DNA of 63,132 bases, filler included, from Octopus bimaculoides (Eukaryota), in NCBI RefSeq assembly GCF_001194135.2. It is 5 parts of 5 records of this genome, joined end to end, with 100 filler letters (N's around TTAATTAATTAA, not from the genome) between each part and the next. Parts side by side here need not be neighbours in the genome. Positions count along the whole stretch, not along the records: positions 56,077 to 62,019 come from NC_069008.1; positions 62,120 to 63,132 come from NC_068986.1; 3 more parts are not named here. One strand, written 5' to 3'. The position numbers were made by a program, and so were the translations under genes. Within the stretch, counting starts at the first letter, position 1. The number at the start of each line of letters is the position of its first letter. Below are positions 61,660 to 63,132 of the stretch, in pieces. Below the pieces are notes generated by a model. It was given only the letters and a program-made list of their open reading frames with translations. It searched no databases and had not been told where the DNA came from.

Positions 61660-62019
61660 ATGATGCAACCAATCTTATGGTCTGCAATACCAACTTCAGG
61701 AAACCTGCCAGTCACCTAGTCACCTACCGCTCCGGCAGACACTCTAGCCAAATCGACTACATCCTCGCCAGAAATAGGGAAAGAGGGCGGCTTATAAATG
61801 CCAAAACCTACCCTGGCGAAGAATGTACCCCACAACATAGATTAGTAGTTAGCGACTTTGGGATCAAGGCAAAATGGGTGCCCAGAATTAGACAGGCTTG
61901 GAGAAGAAGGGTGTGGAAGCTTAAAGACCCTGCAAACGGACAGAGACTTAGAGACAAGTTACTTGAAGCATTTAACGAAATAGAAGGGGATATAGCATCA
62001 TACAACATGGAAGACAATT
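61660..62019 (+). mobile_element. RTE-clade LINE, AP-endonuclease C-terminus and linker
   Basis: LMVCNTNFRKPASHLVTYRSG..SQIDYIL...EECTPQHRLVVSD...VWKLKD. Confidence 0.85.
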
Positions 62020-62159
62020 NNNNNNNNNNNNNNNNNNNNNNNNNNNNNNNNNNNNNNNNNNNNTTAATTAATTAANNNNNNNNNNNNNNNNNNNNNNNNN
62101 NNNNNNNNNNNNNNNNNNNATATATATATATATACATGTACATACATAAAAAAAAATTC

Positions 62160-62520
62160 AGAATGAGATAAAAAACCAAGACTGTGAAGATTTTAGAACA
62201 TTTATAAATAGAAGGTCTTACAGCTGTTTCCAGAATATTTATTATATCCCTTCATCGGAGACGGTGTGAGAAAATGGTTAAGCAATAGTTAATTTAGATA
62301 AGATACGAAATAGAGAGTGAAGTGGGGGAATGAAAATAGATGTGAGATATGCAGGGATATTGCATTTGTAGATCCATTATTTAGGCAGAATGGTATACAT
62401 ATAAGATTCTAATACCTTGTGAGTAAATTCCAATACCTTGTGAGTAAATTCCAATAGTATTTAGAATTGGTCATTGTAAATTCCATTAGTATCTAAAATT
62501 GGTCATTCCACAGTACTATT
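62160..62520 (-). mobile_element. Penelope-like 3' tail with hammerhead-like motif at 62215-62262
   Basis: The minus strand reads GUCU-CCGAUGA-A-(stem II)-GAAAC-AGCU-GUA-AGAC. Confidence 0.55.
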
Positions 62521-63090
62521 GAATTGAGGGTTTTATTTGAAGTGACCTAAAAGTAGGGAATGTATTTGTAAGGTCAAATCAAATTGTCTTTTTATTCTTC
62601 TCTTCCTGTTTTCGATTTGACCTTACAAATACATTAATAGTTATGACCAAGCTAACATGGCAGTCCAGAAAAATAGGACGAATGCAGCTGTTGATTAGCT
62701 CCAAGAGGTCTACATCTTCGAGCTACATCTCCATTACAACCTTCGAACAGGGGAGGTCAACAGCTTCCCCATGCTGGTTCAAGCATCCACAGACTAGTTT
62801 CAGGTTATTTGCTCCTTATCATTGTGGAGTAACCGAACACAGCAGGCGTCGCTGTTAACTGTCTGTTCGAAGGTTTATGTATATTCAGTGGAACACATCC
62901 GCTGGTTTTCAAAAATAGAAATACTATTATTTCTAAATCTCTCTAAAGGAGACTACAGCAGCAGCACTGGGTGTTAACAGTTATCGCCAAGCTAATAAGG
63001 CAGTCCAGAAAAATAGGACAAATGCTGCCGTTGATTAGCTTTAAGAAGCCATCGCCTCTAGCTACGTGTATGACTCACAGACCTGTATTC

Positions 63091-63132
<42 letters not shown>

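Noticed and set aside
23055-62119. TTAATTAATTAA repeated four times (23099, 37082, 56021, 62064)
   Set aside because: Each copy sits exactly between two 44-N runs (100 bp in total) and gives stops in all six frames. It is an artificial scaffold linker, not a biological motif.

Overview
This is AT-rich, microsatellite-dense, gapped eukaryotic DNA. The tRNA-derived SINE families and the LINE/Penelope repertoire look like those of an octopus (cephalopod) genome; this is recognition-based inference, not a database result. Only one host protein-coding gene is supportable: an intronless, apparently intact effector-type caspase (41455-42285, +) with the SHG/QACRG dyad but unusual S2/S4 pocket residues. 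Almost everything else is transposon-derived or simple repeat. The retroelements are CR1-like, RTE, Dong/R4 and CRE-like LINE fragments, several Penelope-like elements carrying minimal hammerhead-ribozyme motifs, a solo LTR and at least four SINE families. The DNA transposons are Chapaev3-like, Tc1, mariner, pogo/Fot1-like with a PHD finger, a Helitron-like element and MITEs, one of which carries TTAGGG repeats. Four 100-bp gaps containing TTAATTAATTAA are artificial scaffold joins, so adjacency across them is uncertain. There is no rRNA, no bona fide tRNA and no CRISPR array. Repeat boundaries are approximate unless a TSD or TIR is cited.
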